From positions 4,588,001 through 4,652,000 of the forward strand of contig OZ024757.1 in NCBI GenBank assembly GCA_964016885.1: a stretch of 64,000 nt of DNA. The letters are read 5' to 3'. The notes below the pieces were generated by a model. That model did not search any database, had not been told where the DNA came from, and saw only the letters and a list, made by a program, of their open reading frames with translations. Positions 47,147 to 60,701 of this stretch are shown piece after piece. Position 1 is the stretch's first letter. Each line of letters starts with the position of its first letter. This DNA comes from Eledone cirrhosa (Eukaryota). Position numbers and translations under genes: made by a program.

Positions 47147-50100
47147 ATTCACCGCCCTTTAATATAATACAGATATAATAGTTACTGCTAGGACACTTGT
47201 AGATATAACACAGCTATAATACAGTTACTACTAGGACACTTGTAGATATAATACAATTACTGCTAGGACACTTGTAGATATAATACAGTTACTGCTAGGA
47301 CACTAATAGATATAAAACAATTACTGCTGGGACACTTGTAGATATAATACAGTTACTGCTGGGACACTTGTAGATATAATACAGTTACTGCTAGGAGACT
47401 TGTAGATATAATACAGATATAATACAATTACTGATAGGACACTTGTAGATATAATACAGTTACTGCTAGGACACTTGTAGATATAATACAGTTACTGCTC
47501 GGACACTTGTAGATATAATACAGATATAATACAATTACTGATAGGACATTTGTAGGACATATTACAGATATAATACAATTACTGCTAGGACACTTGTAGA
47601 TATAATACAGTTACTGCTAGGAGACTTGTAGATATAATACAGATATAATACAGTTACTGCTAGGACACTTGTAGATATAGTACAGTTACTGCTAGGACAC
47701 TTGTAGATATAATACAGATATAATACGATTACTGCTAGGACACTTGTAGATATAATACAGTTACTGCTAGGACACTTATAGATATAATACAGATACTGCT
47801 AGGACACTTGTAAATATAATACAGATATAATACAGTTACTGCTAGGACACTTGTAGATATAATACAGTTACTGTTAGGACACTTGCAGATATAATACAGA
47901 TATAATACAGTTACTGCTAGGACACTTGTAGATATAATACAGATATAATACAATTACTGCTAGGACACTTGTAGATATAATACAAATATAATACAGTTAC
48001 TGCTAGAACACTTGCAGATATAATACAGATATAATACAGTTACTGTTAGGACACTTGTAGATATAATACAATTACTGGTAGGACACTTGCAGATATAATA
48101 CAGATATAATACAGTTACTGCTAGGACACTTGTAGATATAATACAATTACTGCTAGGACACTTGTAGATATAATACAATTACTGTTAGGACACTTGCAGA
48201 TAAAATACATATATAATACAGTTACTGCTAGGACACTTGTAGATATAATACAATTACTGCTAGGACACTTGTAGATATAATACAATTACGTTTAGGACAC
48301 TTGTAGATATAATACAGATATAATACAGTTACTGTTAGGACACTTGTAGATATAATACAATTACTGGTAGGACACTTGCAGATATAATACAGATATAATA
48401 CAATTACTGCTAGGACACTTGTAGATATAATACAATTACTGCTAGGACACTTGTAGATATAATACAATTACTGTTAGGACACTTGCAGATATAATACAGA
48501 TAAAATACAGTTACTGCTAGGATACTTTTAGATATAATACAGATATAATACAGTTACTGCTAGGACACTTGTAGATATAATACAGATATAATACAGTTAC
48601 TGCTAGAACACTTGTAGATATAATACAGATATAATACAGTTACTGCTAGGACACTTGTAGATATAATACAGTTACTGCTAGAACACTTGTAGATATAATA
48701 CAGTTACTGCTAGGACACTTGTAGATATAATACTATTACTGCTAGGACACTTGTAGATATAATACATATATAATACAGTTACTGCTAGAACACTTGTAGA
48801 TATAATACAGTTACTGCTAGGACACTTGTACTTATAATACTGATATAATACAGTTACTGCTAAGACACTTGTAGATATAATACAGTTACTGCTAGGACAC
48901 TTGTAGATATAATACAGTTACTGCTAGGACACTTGTAGATATGATACAGATATAATACAATTACTGATAGGACACTTGTTGATATAATACAGTTACTGCT
49001 AGGACACTTGTAGATATAATACAGTTACTGCTCGGACACTTGTAGATATAATACAGATATAATACAATTACTGATAGGACACTTGTAGATATATTACAGA
49101 TATAATACAATTACTGCTAGGACACTTGTAGATATAATACAGTTACTGCTAGGAGACTTGTAGATATGATACAGATATAATACAGTTACTGCTAGGACAC
49201 TTGTAGATATAATACAGATATAATACAATTACTGCTAGGACACTTGTAGATATAATACAGATATAATACAGTTACTGCTAGGACACTTGTAGATATAATA
49301 CAGATATAATACTGTTACTGCTAGGACACTTGTAGATATAATACAATTACTGCTAGGACACTTGTAGATATAATACAGTTACTGCTAGGACACTTATAGA
49401 TATAATACAGATACTGCTAGGACACTTGTAAATATAATACAGATATAATACAGTTACTGCTAGGATACTTGTAGATATAAAATTACTGCTAGGACACTTG
49501 TAGATATAATACAGATATAACACAGTTACTGCTAGGATACTTGTAGACATAATACAGATATAATACAATTACTGCTAGGACACTTGTAGATATAATACAG
49601 TTACTGCTAGGACACTAATAGATATAATACAATTACTGCTGGGACACTTGTAGATATAATACAGTTACTGCTAGGAGACTTGTAGATATAATACAGATAT
49701 AATACAATTACTGCTAGGACATTGCAGATATAATACAGTTACTGCTAGGACACTTGTAGATATAATACGGTTACTGCTAGGACACTTGTAGATATAATAC
49801 AGATTTATTACAGTTACTGCTAGGACACTTGTAGATATAATACGGTTACTGCTAGAACACTTATAGATATAATACAGATATAATACAATTACAGATAGGA
49901 CACTTGTAGACATAATACAGATATAATAGAGTTACTACTAGGACACTTGTAGACATAATACAGATATAATAGAGTTACTACTAGGACACTTGTAGATATA
50001 ATACAGATATAATACAGTTACTGCTTGGACACTTGTAGATATAATACAGTTACTGCTAGGACACTTGTTGATATAATACAGTTATAATACAGTTGCTGCT

Positions 50101-52108
50101 AGGACATTTGTAGATATAATACATTTACTGCTAGGACACTTGTAATTATAATACAGATATAATAGTTACAGCTAGGACACTTGTAGATATAATACAGCTA
50201 TAATACAGTTACTACTAGGACACTTGTAGATATAATACAATTACTGCTAGGACACTTGTAGATATAATACAGTTACTGCTAGGACACTAATAGATATAAA
50301 ACAATTACTGCTGGGACACTTGTAGATATAATACAGTTACTGCTGGGACACTTGTAGATATAATACAGTTACTGCTAGGAGACTTGTAGATATAATACAG
50401 ATATAATACAATTACTGATAGGACACTTGTAGATATATTACAGATATAATACAATTACTGCTAGGACACTTGTAGATATAATACAGATATAATACAGTTA
50501 CTGCTAGGATACTTGTAGACATAATACAGATATAATACAATTACTGCTAGGACACTTGTAGATATAATACAGTTACTGCTAGGACACTAATAGATATAAT
50601 ACAATTACTGCTGTGATACTTGTAGATATAATACAGTTACTGCTAGGAGACTTGTAGATGTAATACAGATATAATACAATTACTGCTAGGACATTGCAGA
50701 TATAATACAGATATAATACAGTTACTGCTAGGACACTTGTAGATATAATACGGTTACTGCTAGGACACTTGTAGATATAATACAGATATAATACAATTAC
50801 AGCTAGGACACTTGTAGATATAATACAGTTACTGCTAGGACACTTGTAGATATAATACAGATATAATACAATTACTGCTAGGACACTTGTAGATATAATA
50901 CAGTTACTACTAGGACACTAATAGATATAATACAATTACTGCTAGGACACTTGTAGATATAATACATATATAATACAGTTACTGCCAGGACACATAGATA
51001 TAATACAGATATAATACAGTTACTGCTAGGACACTTGTAGATATAATACAGTTACTGCTAAGACACTTGTAGATATAATACAGTTACTGCTAGGACACTT
51101 GTAGATATAATACAGTTACTGCTAGGACACTTGTAGACATAATACAGATATAATAGAGTTACTACTAGGACACTTGTAGATATAATACAGATATAATACA
51201 GTTACTGCTAGGACACTTGTAGATATAATACAGTTACTGCTAGGACACTTGTTGATATAATACAGTTATAATACAGTTGCTGCTATGACATTTGTAGATA
51301 TAATACATTTACTGCTAGGACACTTGTAATTATAATACAGATATAATAGTTACTGCTAGGACACTTGTAGATATAACACAGCTATAATACAGTTACTACT
51401 AGGACACTTGTAGATATAATACAATTACTGCTAGGACACTTGTAGATATAATACAGTTACTGCTAGGACACTAATAGATATAAAACAATTACTGCTGGGA
51501 CACTTGTAGATATAATACAGTTACTGCTGGGACACTTGTAGATATAATACAGTTACTGCTAGGAGACTTGTAGATATAATACAGATATAATACAATTACT
51601 GATAGGACACTTGTAGATATAATACAGTTACTGCTAGGACACTTGTAGATATAATACAGTTACTGCTCGGACACTTGTAGATATAATACAGATATAATAC
51701 AATTACTGATAGGACATTTGTAGGACATATTACAGATATAATACAATTACTGCTAGGACACTTGTAGATATAATACAGTTACTGCTAGGAGACTTGTAGA
51801 TATAATACAGATATAATACAGTTACTGCTAGGACACTTGTAGATATAATACAGATATAATACAATTACTGCTAGGACACTTGTAGATATAATACAGATAT
51901 AATACAGTTACTGCTAGGACACTTGTAGATATAGTACAGTTACTGCTAGGACACTTGTAGATATAATACAGATATAATACTGTTACTGCTAGGACACTTG
52001 TAGATATAATACGATTACTGCTAGGACACTTGTAGATATAATACAGTTACTGCTAGGACACTTATAGATATAATACAGATACTGCTAGGACACTTGTAAA
52101 TATAATAC

Positions 52109-55100
52109 AGATATAATACAGTTACTGCTAGGACACTTGTAGATATAATAAAATTACTGCTAGGACACTTGTAGATATAATACAGATATAATACAGTTAC
52201 TGCTAGGATACTTGTAGACATAATACAGATATAATACAATTACTGCTAGGACACTTGTAGATATAATACAGTTACTGCTAGGACACTAATAGATATAATA
52301 CAATTACTGCTGGGACACTTGTAGATATAATACAGTTACTGCTAGGAGACTTGTAGATATAATGCAGATATAATAGAATTACTGCTAGGACACTTGTAGA
52401 TATAATACAGTTACTGCTAAGACAGTTGTAGATATAATATAGTTACTGCTAGGGCACTTGTAGATATGATACAGTTACTGCTAGGACGTTGCAGATATAA
52501 TACATATATAATACAGTTACTGCTAGGACACTTGTAGATATAATGCAGATATAATACAGTTTCAGCTAGGACACTTGTAGATATATTACAGATATAATAC
52601 AATTACTGCTAGGACACTTGTAGATATAATACAGTTACTGCTAGGAGACTTGTAGATATAATACAGATATAATACAGTTTCAGCTAGGACACTTGTAGAT
52701 ATATTACAGATATAATACAATTACTGCTAGGACACTTGTAGATATAATACAGTTACTGCTAGGAGACTTGTAGATATAATACAGATATAATACAGATATA
52801 ATACTGTTACTGCTAGGACACTTGTAGATATAATGCAGATATAATACAGTTTCAGCTAGGACACTTGTAGATATATTACAGATATAATACAATTACTGCT
52901 AGAACACTTGTAGATATAATACAGTTACTGCTAGGAGACTTGTAGATATAATACAGATATAATACAGTTACTGCTAGGACACTTGTAGATATAATCCAGA
53001 TATAATACAATTACTGCTAGGACACTTGTAGATATAATACAGATATAATACAGTTGCTGCTAGGACACTTGTAGATATAATACAGTTACTGCTAGGACAC
53101 TTGTAGATATAATACAGTTACTGCTAGGACACTTATAGATATAATACAGATACTGCTAGGACACTTGTAAATATAATACAGATATAATACAGTTACTGCT
53201 AGGATACTTGTAGATATACTAAAATTACTACTAGGACACTTGTAGATATAATACAGATATAATACAGTTACTGCTAGGATACTTGTAGACATAATACAGA
53301 TATAATACAATTACTGCTAGGACACTTGTAGATATAATACAGTTATTGCTAGGACACTAATAGATATAATACAATTACTGCTGGGACACTTGTAGATATA
53401 ATACAGTTACTGCTAGGAGACTTGTAGATATAATACAGATATAATACAATTACTGCTAGGACATTGCAGATATAATACAGATATAATACAGTTACTGCTA
53501 GGACACTTGTAGATATAATACGGTTACTGCTAGAACACTTATAGATATAATACAGATATAATACAATTACTGCTAGGACACTTGTAGATATAATACAGTT
53601 ACTGCTAGGACACTTGTAGATATAATACAGATATAATACAAATTACAGCTAGGACACTTGTAGATATAATACAGTTACTGCTAGGACACTTGTAGATATA
53701 ATACAGATATAATACAATTAATGCTAGGACACATAGATATAATACAGATATAATACAGTTACTGCTAGGACACTTGTAGATATAATACAGTTACTGCTAG
53801 GACATTTGTAGATATAATACAGTTACTGCTAGGACACTTGTAGATATAATACAGATATAATACAATTACTACTAGGACACTTGTAGATATAATACAGTTA
53901 CTGCTAGGAGACTTGTAGATATAATACAGATATAATACAGTTACCGCTAGGACACTTGTAGATATAATACAGATATAATACAGTTACTGCTAGGAGACTT
54001 GTAGATATAATACAGATATAATACAGTAACTGCTCGGACACTTGTAGATATAATACAATTACTGCTAAGGCACTTGTAGATATAATACAGTTACTGCTAG
54101 GAGACTTGTAGATATAATACAGATATGATACAGTTACTGCTAGGACACTTGCAGATATAATACAGATATAATACAGTTACTGCTAGGACACTTGTAGATA
54201 TAATACAGTTACTGCTAGGACACTTATAGATATAATACAGATATAATACAATTACTGCTAGGACACTTGTAGATATAATACAGTTACAGCTAAGACAGTT
54301 GTAGATATAATATAGTTACTGCTAGGGCACTCGTAGATATGATACAGTTACTGCTAGGACACTTGTAGATATAATACAGATATAATACAATTACTGCTAG
54401 GATGTTGCAGATATAATACATATATAATACAGTTACTGCTAGGACACTTGTAGATATAATACAGATATAATAAAGATATAATACTGTTACTGCTAGGACA
54501 CTTGTAGATATAATGCAGATATAATACAGTTTCAGCTAGGACACTTGTAGATATAATACAGATATAATATAGTTACTGCTAAGACACTTGTAGATATGAT
54601 ACAGTTACTACTAGGACACTTGTAGATATAATATAGATATAATACAGTTACTGCTAGGACACTTGTAGATATAATACAGTTACTGCTAGAATACCTGTAG
54701 ATATAATATAGATATAATAAAGATATAATAGAGTTACTACTAGGTCACTTGTAGATATAATACAGACATAATACAGTTACTGCTAGGACACTTGTAGATA
54801 TAATACAGTTACTGCTAGGACACTTGTTGATATAATACAGTTATAATACAGTTGCTGCTAGGACATTTGTAGATATAATACATTTAGTGCTAGGACAGTT
54901 GTAATTATAATACAGATATAATAGTTACTGCTAGGACACTTGTAGATATAATACAGCTATAATACAGTTACTACTAGGACACTTGTAGATATAATACAAT
55001 TACTGCTAGGACACTTGTAGATATAATACAGTTACTGCTAGGACACTTGTAGATATAATAAAATTACTGCTAGGACACTTGTAGATATAATACAGATATA

Positions 55101-57149
55101 ATACAGTTACTGCTAGGATACTTGTAGACATAATACAGATATAATACAATTACTGCTAGGACACTTGTAGATATAATACAGTTACTGCTAGGACACTAAT
55201 AGATATAATACAATTACTGCTGGGACACTTGTAGATATAATACAGTTACTGCTAGGAGACTTGTAGATATAATGCAGATATAATAGAATTACTGCTAGGA
55301 CACTTGTAGATATAATACAGTTACTGCTAAGACAGTTGTAGATATAATATAGTTACTGCTAGGGCAATTGTAGATATGATACAGTTACTGCTAGGACGTT
55401 GCAGATATAATACATATATAATACAGTTACTGCTAGGACACTTGTAGATATAATGCAGATATAATACAGTTTCAGCTAGGACACTTGTAGATATATTACA
55501 GATATAATACAATTACTGCTAGGACACTTGTAGATATAATACAGTTACTGCTAGGAGACTTGTAGATATAATACAGATATAATACAGTTTCAGCTAGGAC
55601 ACTTGTAGATATATTACAGATATAATACAATTACTGCTAGGACACTTGTAGATATAATACAGTTACTGCTAGGAGACTTGTAGATATAATACAGATATAA
55701 TACAGATATAATACTGTTACTGCTAGGACACTTGTAGATATAATGCAGATATAATACAGTTTCAGCTAGGACACTTGTAGATATATTACAGATATAATAC
55801 AATTACTGCTAGGACACTTGTAGATATAATACAGTTACTGCTAGGAGACTTGTAGATATAATACAGATATAATACAGTTACTGCTAGGACACTTGTAGAT
55901 ATAATCCAGATATAATACAATTACTGCTAGGACACTTGTAGATATAATACAGATATAATACAGTTACTGCTAGGACACTTGTAGATATAATACAGTTACT
56001 GCTAGGACACTTGTAGATATAATACAGTTACTGCTAGGACACTTATAGATATAATACAGATACTGCTAGGACACTTGTAAATATAATACAGATATAATAC
56101 AGTTACTGCTAGGATACTTGTAGATATACTAAAATTACTACTAGGACACTTGTAGATATAATACAGATATAATACAGTTACTGCTAGGATACTTGTAGAC
56201 ATAATACAGATATAATACAATTACTGCTAGGACACTTGTAGATATAATACAGTTATTGCTAGGACACTAATAGATATAATACAATTACTGCTGGGACACT
56301 TGTAGATATAATACAGTTACTGCTAGGAGACTTGTAGATATAATACAGATATAATACAATTACTGCTAGGACATTGCAGATATAATACAGATATAATACA
56401 GTTACTGCTAGGACACTTGTAGATATAATACGGTTACTGCTAGAACACTTATAGATATAATACAGATATAATACAATTACTGCTAGGACACTTGTAGATA
56501 TAATACAGTTACTGCTAGGACACTTGTAGATATAATACAGATATAATACAAATTACAGCTAGGACACTTGTAGATATAATACAGTTACTGCTAGGACACT
56601 TGTAGATATAATACAGATATAATACAATTAATGCTAGGACACATAGATATAATACAGATATAATGCAGTTACTGCTAGGACACTTGTAGATATAATACAG
56701 TTACTGCTAGGACATTTGTAGATATAATACAGTTACTGCTAGGACACTTGTAGATATAATACAGATATAATACAATTACTACTAGGACACTTGTAGATAT
56801 AATACAGTTACTGCTAGGAGACTTGTAGATATAATACAGATATAATACAGTTACCGCTAGGACACTTGTAGATATAATACAGATATAATACAGTTACTGC
56901 TAGGAGACTTGTAGATATAATACAGATATAATACAGTTACTGCTCGGACACTTGTAGATATAATACAATTACTGCTAAGGCACTTGTAGATATAATACAG
57001 TTACTGCTAGGAGACTTGTAGATATAATACAGATATGATACAGTTACTGCTAGGACACTTGCAGATATAATACAGATATAATACAGTTACTGCTAGGACA
57101 CTTGTAGATATAATACAGTTACTGCTAGGACACTTATAGATATAATACA
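52109..57149. repeat. 2910-bp partial tandem duplication (52109-54239 vs 55019-57149)
   Basis: ORF pairs 52417/55327, 52704/55614 and 53092/56002. Marker AGATATAATAAAATTACT at 52141 and 55051. Confidence 0.88.
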
Positions 57150-60100
57150 ATTACTGTTAGGACACTTGCAGATAAAATACATATATAATACAGTTACTGC
57201 TAGGACACTTGTAGATATAATACAATTACTGCTAGGACACTTGTAGATATAATACAATTACGGTTAGGACACTTGTAGATATAATACAGATATAATACAG
57301 TTACTGTTAGGACACTTGTAGATATAATACAATTACTGGTAGGACACTTGCAGATATAATACAGATATAATACAGTTACTGCTAGGACACTAATAGATAT
57401 AATACAATTACTGCTAGGACACTTGTAGATATAATACAATTACTGCTAGGACACTTGTAGATATGATACAATTACTGTTAGGACACTTGCAGATATAATA
57501 CAGATGAAATACAGTTACTGCTAGGACACTTTTAGATATAATACAGATATAATACAGTTACTGCTAGGACACTTGTAGATATAATACAGATATAATACAG
57601 TTACTGCTAGAACACTTGTAGATATAATACAGATATAATACAGTTACTGCTAGGACACTTGTAGATATAATACAGTTACTGCTAGAACACTTGTAGATAT
57701 AATACAGTTACTGCTAGGACACTTGTAGATATAATACAGATATAATACAGTTACTGCTAGAACACTTGTAGATATAATACAGTTACTGCTAGGACACTTG
57801 TAGATATAATACTATTACTGCTAGGACACTTGTAGAATATAATACAGTTACTGCTAGGACACTTGTAGATATAATACAGATATAATACAGTTACTGCTAG
57901 GACACTTGTAGATATAATACATATATAATACAGTTACTGCTAGAACACTTGTAGATATAATACAGTTACTGCTAGGACACTTGTAGTTATAATACAGATA
58001 TAATACAGTTACTGCTAAGACACTTGTAGATATAATACAGTTACTGCTAGGACACTTGTAGATATAATACAGTTACTGCTAGGACACTTGTAGATATGAT
58101 ACAGATATAATACAATTACTGATAGGACACTTGTTGATATAATACAGTTACTGCTAGGACACTTGTAGATATAATACAGTTACTGCTCGGACACTTGTAG
58201 ATATAATACAGATATAATACAATTACTGATAGGACACTTGTAGATATATTACAGATATAATACAATTACTGCTAGGACACTTGTAGATATAATACAGTTA
58301 CTGCTAGGAGACTTGTAGATATAATACAGATATAATACAGTTACTGCTAGGACACTTGTAGATATAATACAGATATAATACAATTACTGCTAGGACACTT
58401 GTAGATATAATACAGATATAATACAGTTACTGCTAGGACACTTGTAGATATAATACAGATATAATACTGTTACTGCTAGGACACTTGTAGATATAATACA
58501 ATTACTGCTAGGACACTTGTAGATATAATACAGTTACTGCTAGGACACTTATAGATATAATACAGATACTGCTAGGACACTTGTAAATATAATACAGATA
58601 TAATACAGTTACTGCTAGGATACTTGTAGATATAAAATTACTGCTAGGACACTTGTAGATATAATACAGATATAATACAGTTACTGCTAGGATACTTGTA
58701 GACATAATACAGATATAATACAATTACTGCTAGGACACTTGTAGATATAATACAGTTACTGCTAGGACACTAATAGATATAATACAATTACTGCTGGGAC
58801 ACTTGTAGATATAATACAGTTACTGCTAGGAGACTTGTAGATATAATACAGATATAATACAATTACTGCTAGGACATTGCAGATATAATACAGTTACTGC
58901 TAGGACACTTGTAGATATAATACGGTTACTGCTAGGACACTTGTAGATATAATACAGATTTATTACAGTTACTGCTAGGACACTTGTAGATATAATACAG
59001 ATATAATACAATTACAGCTAGTACACTTGTAGACATAATACAGATATAATAGAGTTACTACTAGGACACTTGTAGACATAATACAGATATAATAGAGTTA
59101 CTACTAGGACACTTGTAGATATAATACAGATATAATACAGTTACTGCTAGGACACTTGTAGATATAATACAGTTACTGCTAGGACACTTGTTGATATAAT
59201 ACAGTTATAATACAGTTGCTGCTAGGACATTTGTAGATATAATACATTTACTGCTAGGACACTTGTAATTATAATACAGATATAATAGTTACAGCTAGGA
59301 CACTTGTAGATATAATACAGCTATAATACAGTTACTACTAGGACACTTGTAGATATAATACAATTACTGCTAGGACACTTGTAGATATAATACAGTTACT
59401 GCTAGGACACTAATAGATATAAAACAATTACTGCTGGGACACTTGTAGATATAATACAGTTACTGCTGGGACACTTGTAGATATAATACAGTTACTGCTA
59501 GGAGACTTGTAGATATAATACAGATATAATACAATTACTGATAGGACACTTGTAGATATATTACAGATATAATACAATTACTGCTAGGACACTTGTAGAT
59601 ATAATACAGATATAATACAGTTACTGCTAGGATACTTGTAGACATAATACAGATATAATACAATTACTGCTAGGACACTTGTAGATATAATACAGTTACT
59701 GCTAGGACACTAATAGATATAATACAATTACTGCTGTGATACTTGTAGATATAATACAGTTACTGCTAGGAAACTTGTAGATGTAATACAGATATAATAC
59801 AATTACTGCTAGGACATTGCAGATATAATACAGATATAATACAGTTACTGCTAGGACACTTGTAGATATAATACGGTTACTGCTAGGACACTTGTAGATA
59901 TAATACAGATATAATACAATTACAGCTAGGACACTTGTAGATATAATACAGTTACTGCTAGGACACTTGTAGATATAATACAGATATAATACAATTACTG
60001 CTAGGACACTTGTAGATATAATACAGTTACTACTAGGACACTAATAGATATAATACAATTACTGCTAGAACACTTGTAGATATAATACATATATAATACA

Positions 60101-60497
60101 GTTACTGCCAGGACACATAGATATAATACAGATATAATACAGTTACTGCTAGGACACTTGTAGATATAATACACTTACTGCTAAGACACTTGTAGATATA
60201 ATACAGTTACTGCTAGGACACTTGTAGACATAATACAGATATAATAGAGTTATTGCTAGGACACTTGTAGATATAATACAGTTACTGCTAGAATACCTGT
60301 AGATATAATATAGCTATAAATAGAGTTACTACTAGGACACTTGTAGATATAATACAGATATAATACAGTTACTGCTAGGACACTTGTAGATATAATACAG
60401 TTACTGCTAGGACACTTGTTGATATAATACAGTTATAATACAGTTGCTGCTAGGACATTTGTAGATATAATACATTTACTGCTAGGACACTTGTAAT

Positions 60498-60514
60498 TAT
60501 AATACAGATATAAT
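60498..60514 (+). repeat. Target-site duplication TATAATACAGATATAAT, left copy for SINE 2 (right copy 60702-60718)
   Basis: Same 17-bp direct repeat on both sides of the second insert. Confidence 0.92.
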
Positions 60515-60701
60515 TGTTTCTACATTTGGCACAAGGCCAGCAATTACCCAGTACGTTACTGGTACTTTATTTTATCGACCCCGTAAGGATGAAAGGCAAA
60601 GTTAACCTCGGCAGGATTTGAACTCAGATCGTAAGGCGACGTAACTATGCTGGAAAGCATGTCCGACCCTCTACCGATACTGCCAATTCACCGCCCTTTA
60701 A
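60515..60701 (-). mobile_element. tRNA-derived SINE (187 bp), copy 2, identical by eye to copy 1
   Basis: Same sequence, same TSD and same flanking monomer variants as 46976-47162, at an offset of 13,539 bp. Confidence 0.9.

Larger units (their letters stand above)
46976..47162 (-). mobile_element. tRNA-derived SINE (187 bp), copy 1; resembles octopus/mollusc SINEs
   Basis: Non-satellite sequence. The minus strand reads TTAAAG-GGCGGTGAAT-TGGCAGTATCGG (A box)...GAGTTCAAATCC (B box)-TGCCGAGGTTAACTTTGCCTTTCATCCTTACGGGGTCGATAAAATAAAGTACCAG...GGCCTTGTGCCAAATGTAGAAACA. It is flanked by a perfect 17-bp direct repeat and has no ORF or terminal inverted repeats. The family resemblance is from recall, not a database search. 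Confidence 0.9.
47163..60514. repeat. Same 32/43/54-bp satellite array between the two SINE copies; contains the most diverged monomers (about 52.3-57.1 kb)
   Basis: Same monomer and orientation, with additional variants such as GTTTCAGCTAGG, GGACGTTGCAG, TAATGCAG and GTTACCGCTAG. Confidence 0.99.

Noticed and set aside
47069-47156. Functional tRNA gene on the minus strand
   Set aside because: A and B boxes are present, but I cannot fold a convincing cloverleaf. The head continues into a ~95-nt unrelated body bounded by a TSD, as expected for a SINE.
46976-60701. The two identical inserts as LTRs or ends of a composite transposon enclosing 13.3 kb
   Set aside because: Each insert has its own identical TSD on both sides, kilobases of flanking satellite are duplicated with it, and the interior is pure satellite. 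A segmental tandem duplication explains it.
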